A stretch of DNA of 64,000 bases from an uncultured Chlamydiae bacterium (GCA_963730605.1 CAVSSM010000001.1:673987-737986), one strand, 5' to 3'. Shown: positions 10,089-19,293, counted from the stretch's first letter. Numbers and translations are program-made. Notes: generated by a model from the sequence alone, not told the origin.

Positions 10089-10886
10089 ATGATGTCATCG
10101 ACGCCTGTTTCTGGTATGTTTTCTCAAGTCCAAGATACGCTACAATTCTATTGTAGCACCTCGATTGTTCAATCGTTTCTCAATTCGGATCAAAATAAAA
10201 AAATGAGAGAATTATGGGATAGTTTTGCTAGCAAACATAGCCAAATAAATGGCGGCGGGCCGTCTTTAGGCGGAAGCAATGCTCCTGATAGTTGCTCGAT
10301 GCATTTTGATTATCTTGCAATCTACAAAGATGTCTTTTTTTCGGCAGATGGCGTGAGCTGTGAAGGCGATTATTATGAGAAACTCCGATGCGAGTTAGTG
10401 GAAAAAAAGTCTTGGGGCAGTCACAACATATTGTCTACTTGCGACTGGGAAGCCGAGATTTGTTATAGTGAAAAACCAAAAGATAATCTGATATGCGTGA
10501 AGAATACGGTTAAATTCGATCTAGATGACTCTAAAACGCAAGGGATTCCCCAAGAAGCTCCAGAGGTAATAGCTAAAGAACTTGTACAAGATCCGAGAAG
10601 CGCTCTCTCTTCTCAAGCAACGTCGAACAAGATACCAAATACCCCTCCCTCCTCACCAACTACAACAACACCAGTAAGGACTCTAGCAGTAGGCGCTGGC
10701 GCTGCAAGCACGGCCTATTTTGCTTATAAAGCCTATAAAGAAATTCGCAGCATTTATGAAGGAAAAGAGCAGGCAAAGGAAACGCCAAACAAATCCAAGG
10801 AAAAAGCTTCCGGTTGGCGAGCTGTAGGGTATGCCGCGGCGGCGATTGGCTCGGGCGCATTTACCGTCTACGCAATCAAAATTTGA
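10089..10886 (+). CDS. hypothetical protein, Cys-rich with C-terminal hydrophobic segments (effector-like)
   Basis: 265 aa lower-GC ORF with RBS-like agga. Confidence 0.65.
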   Translation: MMSSTPVSGMFSQVQDTLQFYCSTSIVQSFLNSDQNKKMRELWDSFASKHSQINGGGPSLGGSNAPDSCSMHFDYLAIYKDVFFSADGVSCEGDYYEKLRCELVEKKSWGSHNILSTCDWEAEICYSEKPKDNLICVKNTVKFDLDDSKTQGIPQEAPEVIAKELVQDPRSALSSQATSNKIPNTPPSSPTTTTPVRTLAVGAGAASTAYFAYKAYKEIRSIYEGKEQAKETPNKSKEKASGWRAVGYAAAAIGSGAFTVYAIKI

Positions 10887-10895
10887 GAGGCCTAA

Positions 10896-11165
10896 TTATC
10901 GCCGTTTCGTTTTTTTTCCAGCGGCAATTTTGCTCATGTGCTTCATCACTCTTCTTTTGCCGCTGTGAACAAGCCTTTTCACGCCCGATTTCTTTTTGTG
11001 AAAGGCCCTTTTTACATTGTTTTCGAACTCATTCAATGTGTTCATCGCATTTTTTTTGATCGTATTTCCTTTTTTGGTCGTGAACAGCATCGCTGATACG
11101 GCCCCGATCGTGCTGCCGAGCATCGCGCCCAGCATAAAATTTCTTCCCGGATGTTTCTTTTTCAT
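10896..11165 (-). CDS. YtxH-like small basic protein
   Basis: FMLGAMLGSTIGAVSAMLFTTKKG pattern followed by basic helix. Confidence 0.65.
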   Translation of the reverse strand: MKKKHPGRNFMLGAMLGSTIGAVSAMLFTTKKGNTIKKNAMNTLNEFENNVKRAFHKKKSGVKRLVHSGKRRVMKHMSKIAAGKKTKRR

Positions 11166-11169
11166 ATTC

Positions 11170-11454
11170 TTATCTCCATTGTTTCCATAAGGTAACTCCC
11201 AGTGCCGCAAGCATCATGAGGTCGGCTAAATGGCCCTTTTTGGGGATGCCCTTCATGAGTTCCTCAAAAGCGGCGTTTTTTTCTCTTAAGTCGCTCTTTT
11301 TGAGAAACTCTCCCACTTTGGCCACGATTTTCCCGATCCTTTTGAAAAAGAGCTTCTTTTGCTTATGCGTTGCCCGCAAGAGATACAAAGCGCTGCCGCT
11401 AAGAAGGCCCCCAATCACGAAACCGAGAATAAGCTTGTCTAAATCATTTCCCAC
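11170..11454 (-). CDS. small membrane-anchored hypothetical protein
   Basis: N-terminal LILGFVIGGLL TM; GTG start, coupled to neighbours. Confidence 0.55.
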   Translation of the reverse strand: MGNDLDKLILGFVIGGLLSGSALYLLRATHKQKKLFFKRIGKIVAKVGEFLKKSDLREKNAAFEELMKGIPKKGHLADLMMLAALGVTLWKQWR

Positions 11455-11794
11455 GGCGCTTCACCGCATATTTAATTTTGTTGAAAAGGTCCAAGCTCGT
11501 GCCCACCCACTCTACGATTTCCGATACTGTCCCCGAAGAATCTCTTTGCCGTTTTCCTTTTGCAAGCGCTTTTAAAGGGTTGAATACAAGGTCTAAAGAG
11601 TCCGCTTTGGATTTGATGTCGGTGACGAGCGCATCGAGCTTTTTCATCAGCTCGACCGCTTCCATAGAGACCTTGTGGAAATCCTCTTTGGCTTTTTCGA
11701 GGGTCTTTTGGGTTCTCAATAGGAGGATGACCGAACAGGTCATGCCGGCAAGAAGGGCGAAGGCGATTAAAGCGACTGATATTTCGATAGTCAT
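11444..11794 (-). CDS. DUF948/YoxC-like membrane-anchored coiled-coil protein
   Basis: N-terminal TM followed by coiled coil; upstream of YtxH-like gene. Confidence 0.6.
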   Translation of the reverse strand: MTIEISVALIAFALLAGMTCSVILLLRTQKTLEKAKEDFHKVSMEAVELMKKLDALVTDIKSKADSLDLVFNPLKALAKGKRQRDSSGTVSEIVEWVGTSLDLFNKIKYAVKRRGK

Positions 11795-11896
11795 TTTTTA
11801 TTCACTTAATTTCTAACTTTATTATTATATAAATGACTTAATTTGTAAATTTTGTTAATCAAGTAGCTTGTTATAAATAACATCGTTTGGAAGATT

Positions 11897-13219
11897 TTAA
11901 GAGCTTAACTCTGTTTTTTGACGAGGCTGGATCTTGATTTTCTTGATCGACCGCTCGTTCGAGGAGAGGACTTCGAGGTCGAACTCGTCATGGGAGAGGC
12001 GCCAGCCTTTGGAGGGAATCGTCCCAGCGCAGTGGTAGACGTAGCCCCCGATCGTCTCATATTCGGGATTGGGAGGGATCTTGAGGCCGAGGCGCTCCTC
12101 GATGTCGTGGATCGTCATCTTGGCGTCGACGATCCAGCCGCCGCCCGGCACTTCCCAAAATTCGTGTTCTTCTCCGACATCGTACTCGTCTTCGATCTCT
12201 CCGACAAGCTCTTCCAAAATGTCTTCGATCGTCACGATCCCTTCCGTCCCGCCGTATTCATCGACGATGATCGCCATGTGGATCTGCTTATTGCGGAACT
12301 CCTGGAGGAGCTGGGTGATCTTCTTATTTTCGGGGGCGTACAAGACAGGTTTGGCGATGGTCTGGAGCGGTTCTTTGAGATCCTGGTTGGGGTTGACGTA
12401 GCATTTAAGCAGGTCTTTATAGAGAACGACGCCCAAGATCTGATCGAGAGACTCGCGGTAGATGGGGATGCGGCTATACCCTTCCGCCGCAAAGAGCGGG
12501 GCCGCTTCCTGGATCGTCGTATCGGCCGCGAGGGCATAGACATCGACGCGGGGGACCATGATCTCTTTCCCTACCCTTTCTTTGAAATTGATGAAGGAAG
12601 CGATCAGCCTTTGGTCAGTCGGGGCCAGGTGTTGTTGGAGATCCGATTCACTGATCATTTCGCGCAATTTCGCTTTGTCGGTGAGAAGGTCTTCTCCCTC
12701 AAGAGGGGCTTTCTTGAAGAGCGTCTGGTGTAATTGCAAAAGGAGCCCGACCAAAGGAAAAAGGAGTGTGAGGTAGATCGAGGCGAAGGGAGCTGCGAAT
12801 TTCAACATGGGACGGATCCAAGCATTGGCCATCGTCCGGGCCAAGAAGTCCGCAAGTAGCGACACGGCGATGATGATTGCTCCGATCGCGAGCAGTGGGA
12901 CCCAATCTCTTAAGCCAGAGATTTGGGAGATCATCGCCTTAAAATAGGAAATGCGTTCCACCAGAAAGAAAAAGGCGCACGTTGCATAAGCCAGTTGGAA
13001 GATGTGATTGGTCAATGATATCGCAAAATAGAGATTCTCCCATTCGTTTTTTGGGAAAATCGATTTGAGGATCGAGCGGAAAAAGAAAAAGGGACGGCGC
13101 GGGGCGCGGAAGATTTCCTTGGCCTTGAACTTGCCAAGGCGAATCAACGCAGAGGTGCAAATCGTCAAACATACAGTTCCAAACAAAAAAAACAGGGCAA
13201 GAATGAGGAGTTCGCTCAT
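11897..13219 (-). CDS. hemolysin/CorC-family CBS-domain membrane protein
   Basis: EIMVPRVD, YSRIPIY, IVDEYGGTEGIVTIEDILEELVGEIEDEYD. Confidence 0.93.
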   Translation of the reverse strand: MSELLILALFFLFGTVCLTICTSALIRLGKFKAKEIFRAPRRPFFFFRSILKSIFPKNEWENLYFAISLTNHIFQLAYATCAFFFLVERISYFKAMISQISGLRDWVPLLAIGAIIIAVSLLADFLARTMANAWIRPMLKFAAPFASIYLTLLFPLVGLLLQLHQTLFKKAPLEGEDLLTDKAKLREMISESDLQQHLAPTDQRLIASFINFKERVGKEIMVPRVDVYALAADTTIQEAAPLFAAEGYSRIPIYRESLDQILGVVLYKDLLKCYVNPNQDLKEPLQTIAKPVLYAPENKKITQLLQEFRNKQIHMAIIVDEYGGTEGIVTIEDILEELVGEIEDEYDVGEEHEFWEVPGGGWIVDAKMTIHDIEERLGLKIPPNPEYETIGGYVYHCAGTIPSKGWRLSHDEFDLEVLSSNERSIKKIKIQPRQKTELSS

Positions 13220-13800
13220 GGAGTGATTTTTAATTTAAGCTGTTTGAGATGATCCATACACTTTTTCTCCATTTTGCGCATCGATCGTTTCGCATTGGGC
13301 TCAATATCATCGTAGCCAATCAGGTGGAGGATGCCATGGATGAGATAGAGAAGAGTCTCTTCATAGGGGCGGGCGGGATCGAAGCGTTGCGCCGCAAGAG
13401 GGCAGATAAAAATATCCCCCAAATATACCGCGCGCGTCCAGTCTTGACAGGTTCTGACCGGCTGCGACTTTGCAGAATCGATCCTCGTCGTCGCCCTTCC
13501 CAATTCGGGAATGGTGCTCCTCCTGCGAATCAATTCTGCTTTGTCTCGCGCGGTCATAACATGCCAATCCTGACCGCGCGCAGTATGTACCGCGTCGACT
13601 GGAAAGGAGATGCAATCGGTCAGGCTTGGGTCGTTAAAGAATTCAACATGTAGCTGGCAGATTTTTTTCTCAGAGACAAAATAAACAGAGATTTCTTCGC
13701 ACTGAATGCGAAGAAATGAACACAACCCCCCTAATACTCTTCGAACGGAGCTTTTAGAAATGGGGAGAGCCTTTTGTCGATTGTATATATTGAAGTTCAC
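13216..13800 (-). CDS. ybeY: rRNA maturation endoribonuclease YbeY carrying a 54-aa element-derived insertion
   Basis: TDCISFP ... LGDIFIC ... HGILHLIGYDD motifs. Confidence 0.92.
   Translation of the reverse strand: MNFNIYNRQKALPISKSSVRRVLGGLCSFLRIQCEEISVYFVSEKKICQLHVEFFNDPSLTDCISFPVDAVHTARGQDWHVMTARDKAELIRRRSTIPELGRATTRIDSAKSQPVRTCQDWTRAVYLGDIFICPLAAQRFDPARPYEETLLYLIHGILHLIGYDDIEPNAKRSMRKMEKKCMDHLKQLKLKITP
13424..13587. mobile_element. ~164-bp palindromic element inserted in-frame in ybeY (subfamily B)
   Basis: ~60-bp imperfect terminal inverted arms; core similar to the kdsB copy. Confidence 0.88.
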
Positions 13801-13955
13801 GCTACAGGGGTTTTAGGCAGCCCGGTCACTTTTGTATTTTGACCGTCAACCCATCTTCCGAGTTTGCGAAGCATGTCGACCCTCTCGAAGCGCTTGAGAA
13901 CGTTCCGCTTTTTTCCGCCTTTATTGGTTTTGCCGTAGCTCGTGTGTCTGCTCAT
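13797..13955 (-). CDS. PVC-superphylum small basic signature protein (CT421.2-like)
   Basis: Manual translation MSRHTSYGKTNKGGKKRNVLKRFERVDMLRKLGRWVDGQNTKVTGLPKTPVA; stop overlaps ybeY GTG. Confidence 0.9.
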   Translation of the reverse strand: MSRHTSYGKTNKGGKKRNVLKRFERVDMLRKLGRWVDGQNTKVTGLPKTPVA

Positions 13956-13961
13956 AGTTTT

Positions 13962-14135
13962 TTATCCAATTTTTGGGATGAAACGGTTAGGGGTGGAGGC
14001 GCCATTCACGGCGTTTTCATGGGGTTTATAGCCCAATTCCAGCGCATCTCTCTTCGACCCGGTCTTTGGGGAAGGGGGACGAGGCCGGCGAGGCGAAACA
14101 TGTCTGTCTTTGCCTTGTTTGCTCATTCGTGTCAT
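13962..14135 (-). CDS. small basic chlamydial protein (CT421.1-like)
   Basis: Manual translation MTRMSKQ...FIPKIG (57 aa) with GGAG RBS; termini match my recollection of the chlamydial family; syntenic position. Confidence 0.75.
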   Translation of the reverse strand: MTRMSKQGKDRHVSPRRPRPPSPKTGSKRDALELGYKPHENAVNGASTPNRFIPKIG

Positions 14136-14218
14136 AGGAATCTCCAGTACAGGGCATTATTATGGACAATTTGGCAAATCCTTGCCAGTAACTTCCTAAG
14201 ATCCTGGATACAAGTATC

Positions 14219-14653
14219 TTAAGATCTTGATTCGAGAGACATCTTGGCTTGTTTATAGGCGTTGAAGCGTAAACCGGAAAGACTTTTTTTATTCGGCGCA
14301 GTGAGGTCTTCGAACTCATAGATGATTTTAAATCCGGAAAGAAGAAGCGGGGTGGGGCAGAGGTTAAAGGCGAAGTGGGCCTGGTTGACGTTTGATTTGG
14401 TCTGAGTAATGGCAATCCGCTCCTGGGTCGGATCAGAGCCGGCGCTGTGGGGCAAAAAGCTCGTTTCGGGGAATTTCCAAAGAAGCTCGTCTACAAAATG
14501 CAAGGCTTTATCATCGTCGACAAAGAATAGGATGGACTCTTTTTTGCCAAAGTGGGCGCGCGCGGTTTCGGCGATCCTTTTGAATTTAGCGGCAATCTCC
14601 GCGACCTGGAAAAAGACGACGCGGGTTAGGGATAAATCTTCATGAAAGGTCAT
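14219..14653 (-). CDS. holC: DNA polymerase III chi subunit
   Basis: VDELLWKFPETSFLPH motif. Confidence 0.8.
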   Translation of the reverse strand: MTFHEDLSLTRVVFFQVAEIAAKFKRIAETARAHFGKKESILFFVDDDKALHFVDELLWKFPETSFLPHSAGSDPTQERIAITQTKSNVNQAHFAFNLCPTPLLLSGFKIIYEFEDLTAPNKKSLSGLRFNAYKQAKMSLESRS

Positions 14654-15284
14654 CTTTGCCCTCCGAAGGGGTCTTTAGCGAATGGATGAGGCCGCAGGAG
14701 ACGAGGTATTTTACGGCCTCCTCATTGGTCATGTCGATCTTATACACGTCTTCTTCGGGAAGAAGGAAAAGAAAACCGGTGATCGGATGGGGGGCCGTTG
14801 GAGCGAACACCGAGACAAGGGGCGCTTTCACTGTATTCTTGATCTCTTCGGCCACTTCGCCGGCTTGGAAGCCGATGGAATAGGTCGGCCGATGGGGGAA
14901 TGGGAACATCACAGGTTGTTTGAAGGCTTTTTTCCCATCCAAGGAAAAGAGGGCGGCGATCACATCGCGGCTTATTTTATAAACGGTCTTGATCAAAGGG
15001 ATCCGCGATAAAATGGTACTGGTTCCAGAAATGATGTTTTTGATGATGAACCACCTGGCGACGACTCCCAGAAGAAAAATGAAAATCACAAGAAGGATGA
15101 GAGCCAGGATGCGGGAAATGAAAACGATCAACCCCTGGGGAAGATGGACCTTTGCCAAGATATGCGCTTCGATGAGATTCACGAAGGGAGAAGTAAAAAG
15201 CTCGACAAGGAAGAAGATCACCATGATCGTAAGAACAAGAGGGAGCAGGAGAGCAAGACCCGTAATGAGGTATTTTTTGATCAT
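14640..15284 (-). CDS. DUF502 membrane protein
   Basis: KKYLITGL..LLPL, RIPLIKTVY, PTAPHPITGFL. Confidence 0.85.
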   Translation of the reverse strand: MIKKYLITGLALLLPLVLTIMVIFFLVELFTSPFVNLIEAHILAKVHLPQGLIVFISRILALILLVIFIFLLGVVARWFIIKNIISGTSTILSRIPLIKTVYKISRDVIAALFSLDGKKAFKQPVMFPFPHRPTYSIGFQAGEVAEEIKNTVKAPLVSVFAPTAPHPITGFLFLLPEEDVYKIDMTNEEAVKYLVSCGLIHSLKTPSEGKDDLS

Positions 15285-15901
15285 GAGTTACCCCCTTCTG
15301 TTTCAGGTTGGATCACAGCGCAGGAGACGACGTATTTGATCGCGTCCTCCGTTTTCATCTTGAGGTAAATCAGGTCCGATTTGCTGCACATGACGAGATA
15401 CCCTGTCGTTGGATTGGGAGTCGTGGGGAGAAAGACCGAGACCATCTCGGTGTCGATGGAGTGGGAGCAGGTTCCGGGAGCATCGCTTGCAATCAGGCCG
15501 ATGCAATAGGCGCCCGTATAAGGGAAATGAAGCAGAACCACTTGCTTGAAGGATTGTTTTTGGGGGTTGAATAACGCCAAGACAATATCTTTGGAGGTTC
15601 TATAGACTTTGTTCACAAGGGGGATCTTATACAAAATCTGATCGCCGAACTCGATCAGCCGGTTGAAAAAATAACGTCTAGCGACGAATCCGAGAAACAA
15701 AGTAAAGAGGAATAAGACGATCAGGATGCAGATCTCGCTGATCACATGGGCTGGCCCCGGGGGCACGTGCAAGGAACTGAAGAAAGAGACGGCGACCCCT
15801 GCGAAGGGCTTTGTTAAAAATTTGACGACTGCGGCAATGACCCAAAATGTTACGGCCAGCGGCAGCAGTGTAACGAGCCCCGCAAAGAAATACTTCTTCA
15901 T
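15281..15901 (-). CDS. DUF502 membrane protein (tandem paralogue)
   Basis: KKYFFAGLVTLLPL, PTTPNPTTGYL. Confidence 0.88.
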   Translation of the reverse strand: MKKYFFAGLVTLLPLAVTFWVIAAVVKFLTKPFAGVAVSFFSSLHVPPGPAHVISEICILIVLFLFTLFLGFVARRYFFNRLIEFGDQILYKIPLVNKVYRTSKDIVLALFNPQKQSFKQVVLLHFPYTGAYCIGLIASDAPGTCSHSIDTEMVSVFLPTTPNPTTGYLVMCSKSDLIYLKMKTEDAIKYVVSCAVIQPETEGGNS

Positions 15902-15925
15902 CTCTTCATGATGGCGGCAGGGTTG

Positions 15926-16675
15926 TTATTTGGCAACCTTCGCGACGAACCGATAGGGAAGATCCACGCATTCTTCCGCGTAATCGATCCCGATGCGTGG
16001 AGTGGTTTGGAACTCTTTGATCTTGATTCCAGGCGCGATCCAAACCGCTTCCGATTCCGAATCGAGCGGGATCCCTGTGAGCCGAACGGTAATGCCGAGG
16101 GCAGCCGTCAAGGCTCCAGGGCCGCCTGTAAGCGTTGGGTCAAGCCGGGTTTTCTTTCGCCTTTGCATCATGATCTCGATGCCGTGGGTCGGCTGTATCG
16201 TCCGGACGAGGATCCCATGAGGGACGCCGGCATCTCCGGTGACGACGTTGAAAAGGGCGTGGATTCCATAGCAAAGATAGACGTAGGCGACGCCGCCTTG
16301 CCGGTACAGCACTTCCGTTCTAGGCGTCCTCCGCCCTCCATAGGCATGGCTCGCTTTGTCTTCCACTCCTGCGTAGCTTTCGGTCTCGGTGATGATCCCG
16401 CCGGTCAGATGTCCGTCGATGCGGGTAAAGAGACTGCAGCCAAGCAGGTTCTTCGCCGCTTCAACGACATCGGGATTCCGAAAGACAAGACGCTCTAACC
16501 CCGCCCTCCAAATAGATGACAAATGGCTTGCTGCGGCTTTGTCATATCGATCCTCTTCGCTCGCCTTGGCTTTAAGCAATGGCCTTCGCTCATACGGAAC
16601 GCTTCGCTTCGATCTGACTTTCACACCCCTTCCGACGATGCGTCGGTGGGGACCCCGTGCGCCTTGCTGAGCCAT
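15926..16675 (-). CDS. mpg: DNA-3-methyladenine glycosylase (MPG/AAG family); first ~59 codons lie in a palindromic element
   Basis: ITETESY, DKASHA, YVYLCYGIH, GPG, PRIGI; true start uncertain. Confidence 0.88.
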   Translation of the reverse strand: MAQQGARGPHRRIVGRGVKVRSKRSVPYERRPLLKAKASEEDRYDKAAASHLSSIWRAGLERLVFRNPDVVEAAKNLLGCSLFTRIDGHLTGGIITETESYAGVEDKASHAYGGRRTPRTEVLYRQGGVAYVYLCYGIHALFNVVTGDAGVPHGILVRTIQPTHGIEIMMQRRKKTRLDPTLTGGPGALTAALGITVRLTGIPLDSESEAVWIAPGIKIKEFQTTPRIGIDYAEECVDLPYRFVAKVAK

Positions 16676-16705
16676 TTGTTGCCACCTCTTTGAATGCCGG
16701 GGTTA
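16496..16705. mobile_element. ~210-bp TA-flanked palindromic element between rnr and mpg, with nested short hairpin at 16626-16656
   Basis: taaccccgccctccaaatagatgacaaatggct vs revcomp of right end taaccccggcattcaaagaggtggcaacaaatggct. Confidence 0.75.
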
Positions 16706-18847
16706 GTAACCGCGATCTTTCTTTTGGGCTGGGCGGGTGGGGGGAGGGGGGATAATGGACCATTCTGTTTGTTGGAGGGTATAGTCGATGCGATCCAAAC
16801 GGACGAATATGGTTTGGCCGACCGCGTAGCTTCTTCCGGACCTCGAGCCGCGGAGCGTCATCGCTTGAGGATTGAATTCGAAATAGTCGTTGCCGATTTG
16901 AGAGATGTGCAAGGAGGCTTCGAGATCGAAAAAGGAAACTTCGAAAAAGAGGGCAAACGGTTTGATGCGGGTGACTGTTGCCTGATAGGGGCGCGTCAAG
17001 TCTTCGGCGAAATAAGTTCCGGCAAGCCGGAGTTTTTTCAAAAGCTTGACCGAGCTTTCGGCCCTAAAGGAGACTCTCTCCTTTTCTGAGCATTTTAAGG
17101 CGATGGCGTCCAAATCGGCATCGTCTGGCAGTTCATCGCAAAGAAGCCGCTGGATGATCAGGTCGGTGTAGCGCCGGATGGGGCTCGTGAAATGGCAGTA
17201 ATGCTCGAGCGCCAAACCGTAATGGCCGATATTTTCTGGCGAATAGGCGGCAAGCCTCATGCTCCGGATGAAGCTGATCGAGAGTTGGGAGAGCAGGGGT
17301 GAGTCCTTCGCATCTTGGAAGAGTTTTTGGATGTCGCGGTGAGTGGGATCGGCAGGAAGCTTAAACCCTAGAGTTCTCGCAAATGCGTAAAAGTCTTTAA
17401 ACGATTCGGCAGACGGCTCTTCATGGACCCGGTAGATAAGAGTTTTGCCTTGGCGCTGGAGATGGGATGCCGCAATCTCATTGGCCTTGAGCATGAACTC
17501 TTCAATCATCTGATGGGTGATATCGTATTCGATCCTCTCGATCCGAAGAGGGATGCCATCTTTGTCGACAATTAGGACGTTATCAGGCATGGAAAAATCG
17601 ATGCTGCCGCGCTCGAACCTTTTCCGCTTCAAAATATGGCAGAGCTCCACCATCAGCTCCAGCAGGCTGGAATGGGGCGATTTTTCCTTTTTCTCGAGGA
17701 CGGCCATGGCTTCTTTGTAAGTGAAACGCTTGCGGCTTTTGATCACGGTGCGTCGGATCTCATAGCGGATCATATTGCCGTCCCCATCGAACTCGGCGAG
17801 AACCGATTGGGCGAGCCTCTTCACATTGGCTTTCAGGCTGCAGAGCTCGTTGGAGAGCTCTTCGGGCAGCATCGGGACGCACTGACCGGGAAAATAGGTC
17901 GAATTGCATCTCTCAAAGCTTTCCGTATCGAGGTGGCTTCCCGGAAGAACGTAGTGGGCGACATCGGCGATATGGACGCCGAGATGATAATGTCCCTCGC
18001 TATCTCGGGTAAGCGATATGGCGTCGTCGTAATCGCGGGCTGTATCGGGATCGATCGTAACGCATTCGAATCCGGTCAGATCGAGCCGGTTTTTACACTC
18101 TTTGACCGAAACCTTGGCCCCGTAGGCTCTTGCCTCCTCGATCGCTTCCACGGAAAAGCCGTCCGGCAGATCGAACTCGGCAATGGCCGCTTCGGTGTCG
18201 ATCGAAGGATCGGAGATGTTGCCGATCATGCGGGTCAGCGTTGCCTCCACAAGGTCCGATTCACCGCCCCAAGAAACGATCTTACAAATGACCCGGTCTC
18301 CCTCTTCCAACGTTATCCCTTTGCTGGCCTTAAGCAAAATAAGTTTATCTGATCCCAATAAAGGAGAAAACGCCTTGTAGCCCCGCCCCGATTTGCCTAC
18401 GACCGTTCCCGCCAAAGAGGTGCGGCTCCTTTTCAAGATGGCGATGACGGTCCCTTCGGGCCCTTTTACGGTGACAATGGGTTCGATTTCGATTTCGACC
18501 TCGTCCCCGTCGACCGCATCGTTCAACCTCTGTTTCGGGATAAAGACATCGGGACCCGCGGCGTTCTTGACGAAGCCGAACCCTTTCGGATGGACGCTGA
18601 TCGTCCCGGTCACCAAGGCCGCTCCGTTCGGCGCCGTATATTTATTGTTTTGGAGCACGAGGGCTTTGTCCTCGATCAATTGTCCCAAAACGACCTTCAA
18701 TCGGTCTCGATGGATGGGAGCGACTGCAAGCTGTTCGACGAGTTCTTCGTAAGTGGCCGGTTTGTAGCGTCTTCCTTGGATGAACTGGAGGATGGTCTTT
18801 GCGAGGTTTTGGGAGAGCTTCTCCCCCTTCTTTCTTCTGGATTTCAT
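16703..18847 (-). CDS. rnr: ribonuclease R
   Basis: HPKGFGFV CSD, TIDPDTARDYDDAIS, HFTSPIRRYTDL, C-terminal S1. Confidence 0.96.
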   Translation of the reverse strand: MKSRRKKGEKLSQNLAKTILQFIQGRRYKPATYEELVEQLAVAPIHRDRLKVVLGQLIEDKALVLQNNKYTAPNGAALVTGTISVHPKGFGFVKNAAGPDVFIPKQRLNDAVDGDEVEIEIEPIVTVKGPEGTVIAILKRSRTSLAGTVVGKSGRGYKAFSPLLGSDKLILLKASKGITLEEGDRVICKIVSWGGESDLVEATLTRMIGNISDPSIDTEAAIAEFDLPDGFSVEAIEEARAYGAKVSVKECKNRLDLTGFECVTIDPDTARDYDDAISLTRDSEGHYHLGVHIADVAHYVLPGSHLDTESFERCNSTYFPGQCVPMLPEELSNELCSLKANVKRLAQSVLAEFDGDGNMIRYEIRRTVIKSRKRFTYKEAMAVLEKKEKSPHSSLLELMVELCHILKRKRFERGSIDFSMPDNVLIVDKDGIPLRIERIEYDITHQMIEEFMLKANEIAASHLQRQGKTLIYRVHEEPSAESFKDFYAFARTLGFKLPADPTHRDIQKLFQDAKDSPLLSQLSISFIRSMRLAAYSPENIGHYGLALEHYCHFTSPIRRYTDLIIQRLLCDELPDDADLDAIALKCSEKERVSFRAESSVKLLKKLRLAGTYFAEDLTRPYQATVTRIKPFALFFEVSFFDLEASLHISQIGNDYFEFNPQAMTLRGSRSGRSYAVGQTIFVRLDRIDYTLQQTEWSIIPPPPTRPAQKKDRGY

Positions 18848-18850
18848 TAT

Positions 18851-19013
18851 TAACCCGCTGTGCAAATATGAGACATTTCTTCAGGACGTAGATTGTCCAT
18901 CTCTGCGTTGCCCTGCTTCGACAACCCACTTCGGGGTTGCCTGCATCGGGCGCCTTGATCTGAACAATCTCCGTTTACCTGCATAAATTGTCTCCTATTT
19001 GCGTAGCGGGTTA
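18851..19013. mobile_element. 163-bp TA-flanked palindromic element (subfamily C)
   Basis: taacccgctgtgcaaatatgagacattt vs revcomp of end taacccgctacgcaaataggagacaattt. Confidence 0.85.
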
Positions 19014-19176
19014 TACGGCACCCGGTCAGCTTTGGTGAATTTTGGTGAGCATCTTTTGCGCCCCAGCGCATTGCTCGCACTCGCAAACTTTTTAAGTTTC
19101 CTTCGTGTCTCCGCAACGCTACTGGGACTCAAAATCTGCTGCCAAAATTCACCAAATCTAAATCGCGCACCGTATA
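19012..19176. mobile_element. 165-bp TA-flanked palindromic element (subfamily A)
   Basis: tatacgg...ccgtata ends; shares 25 identical bp (cgagcaatgcgctggggcgcaaaag) with 9781-9944 in opposite orientation. Confidence 0.85.
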
Positions 19177-19293
19177 GTAGCATCGATCATAGGGAAAGGA
19201 GGGAATCTGAGCAAGGGAAGAAATTCCACGACAAATTCCCTGAGTCTCATGAGTAATTGAAATTTAAATTATGCCACTTTGTTGGCAAACACA

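Noticed and set aside
14052..14080. Half match to the short hairpin (gtctttgggg) in the CT421.1-like gene
   Set aside because: Only one arm matches and protein length looks normal; probably chance.
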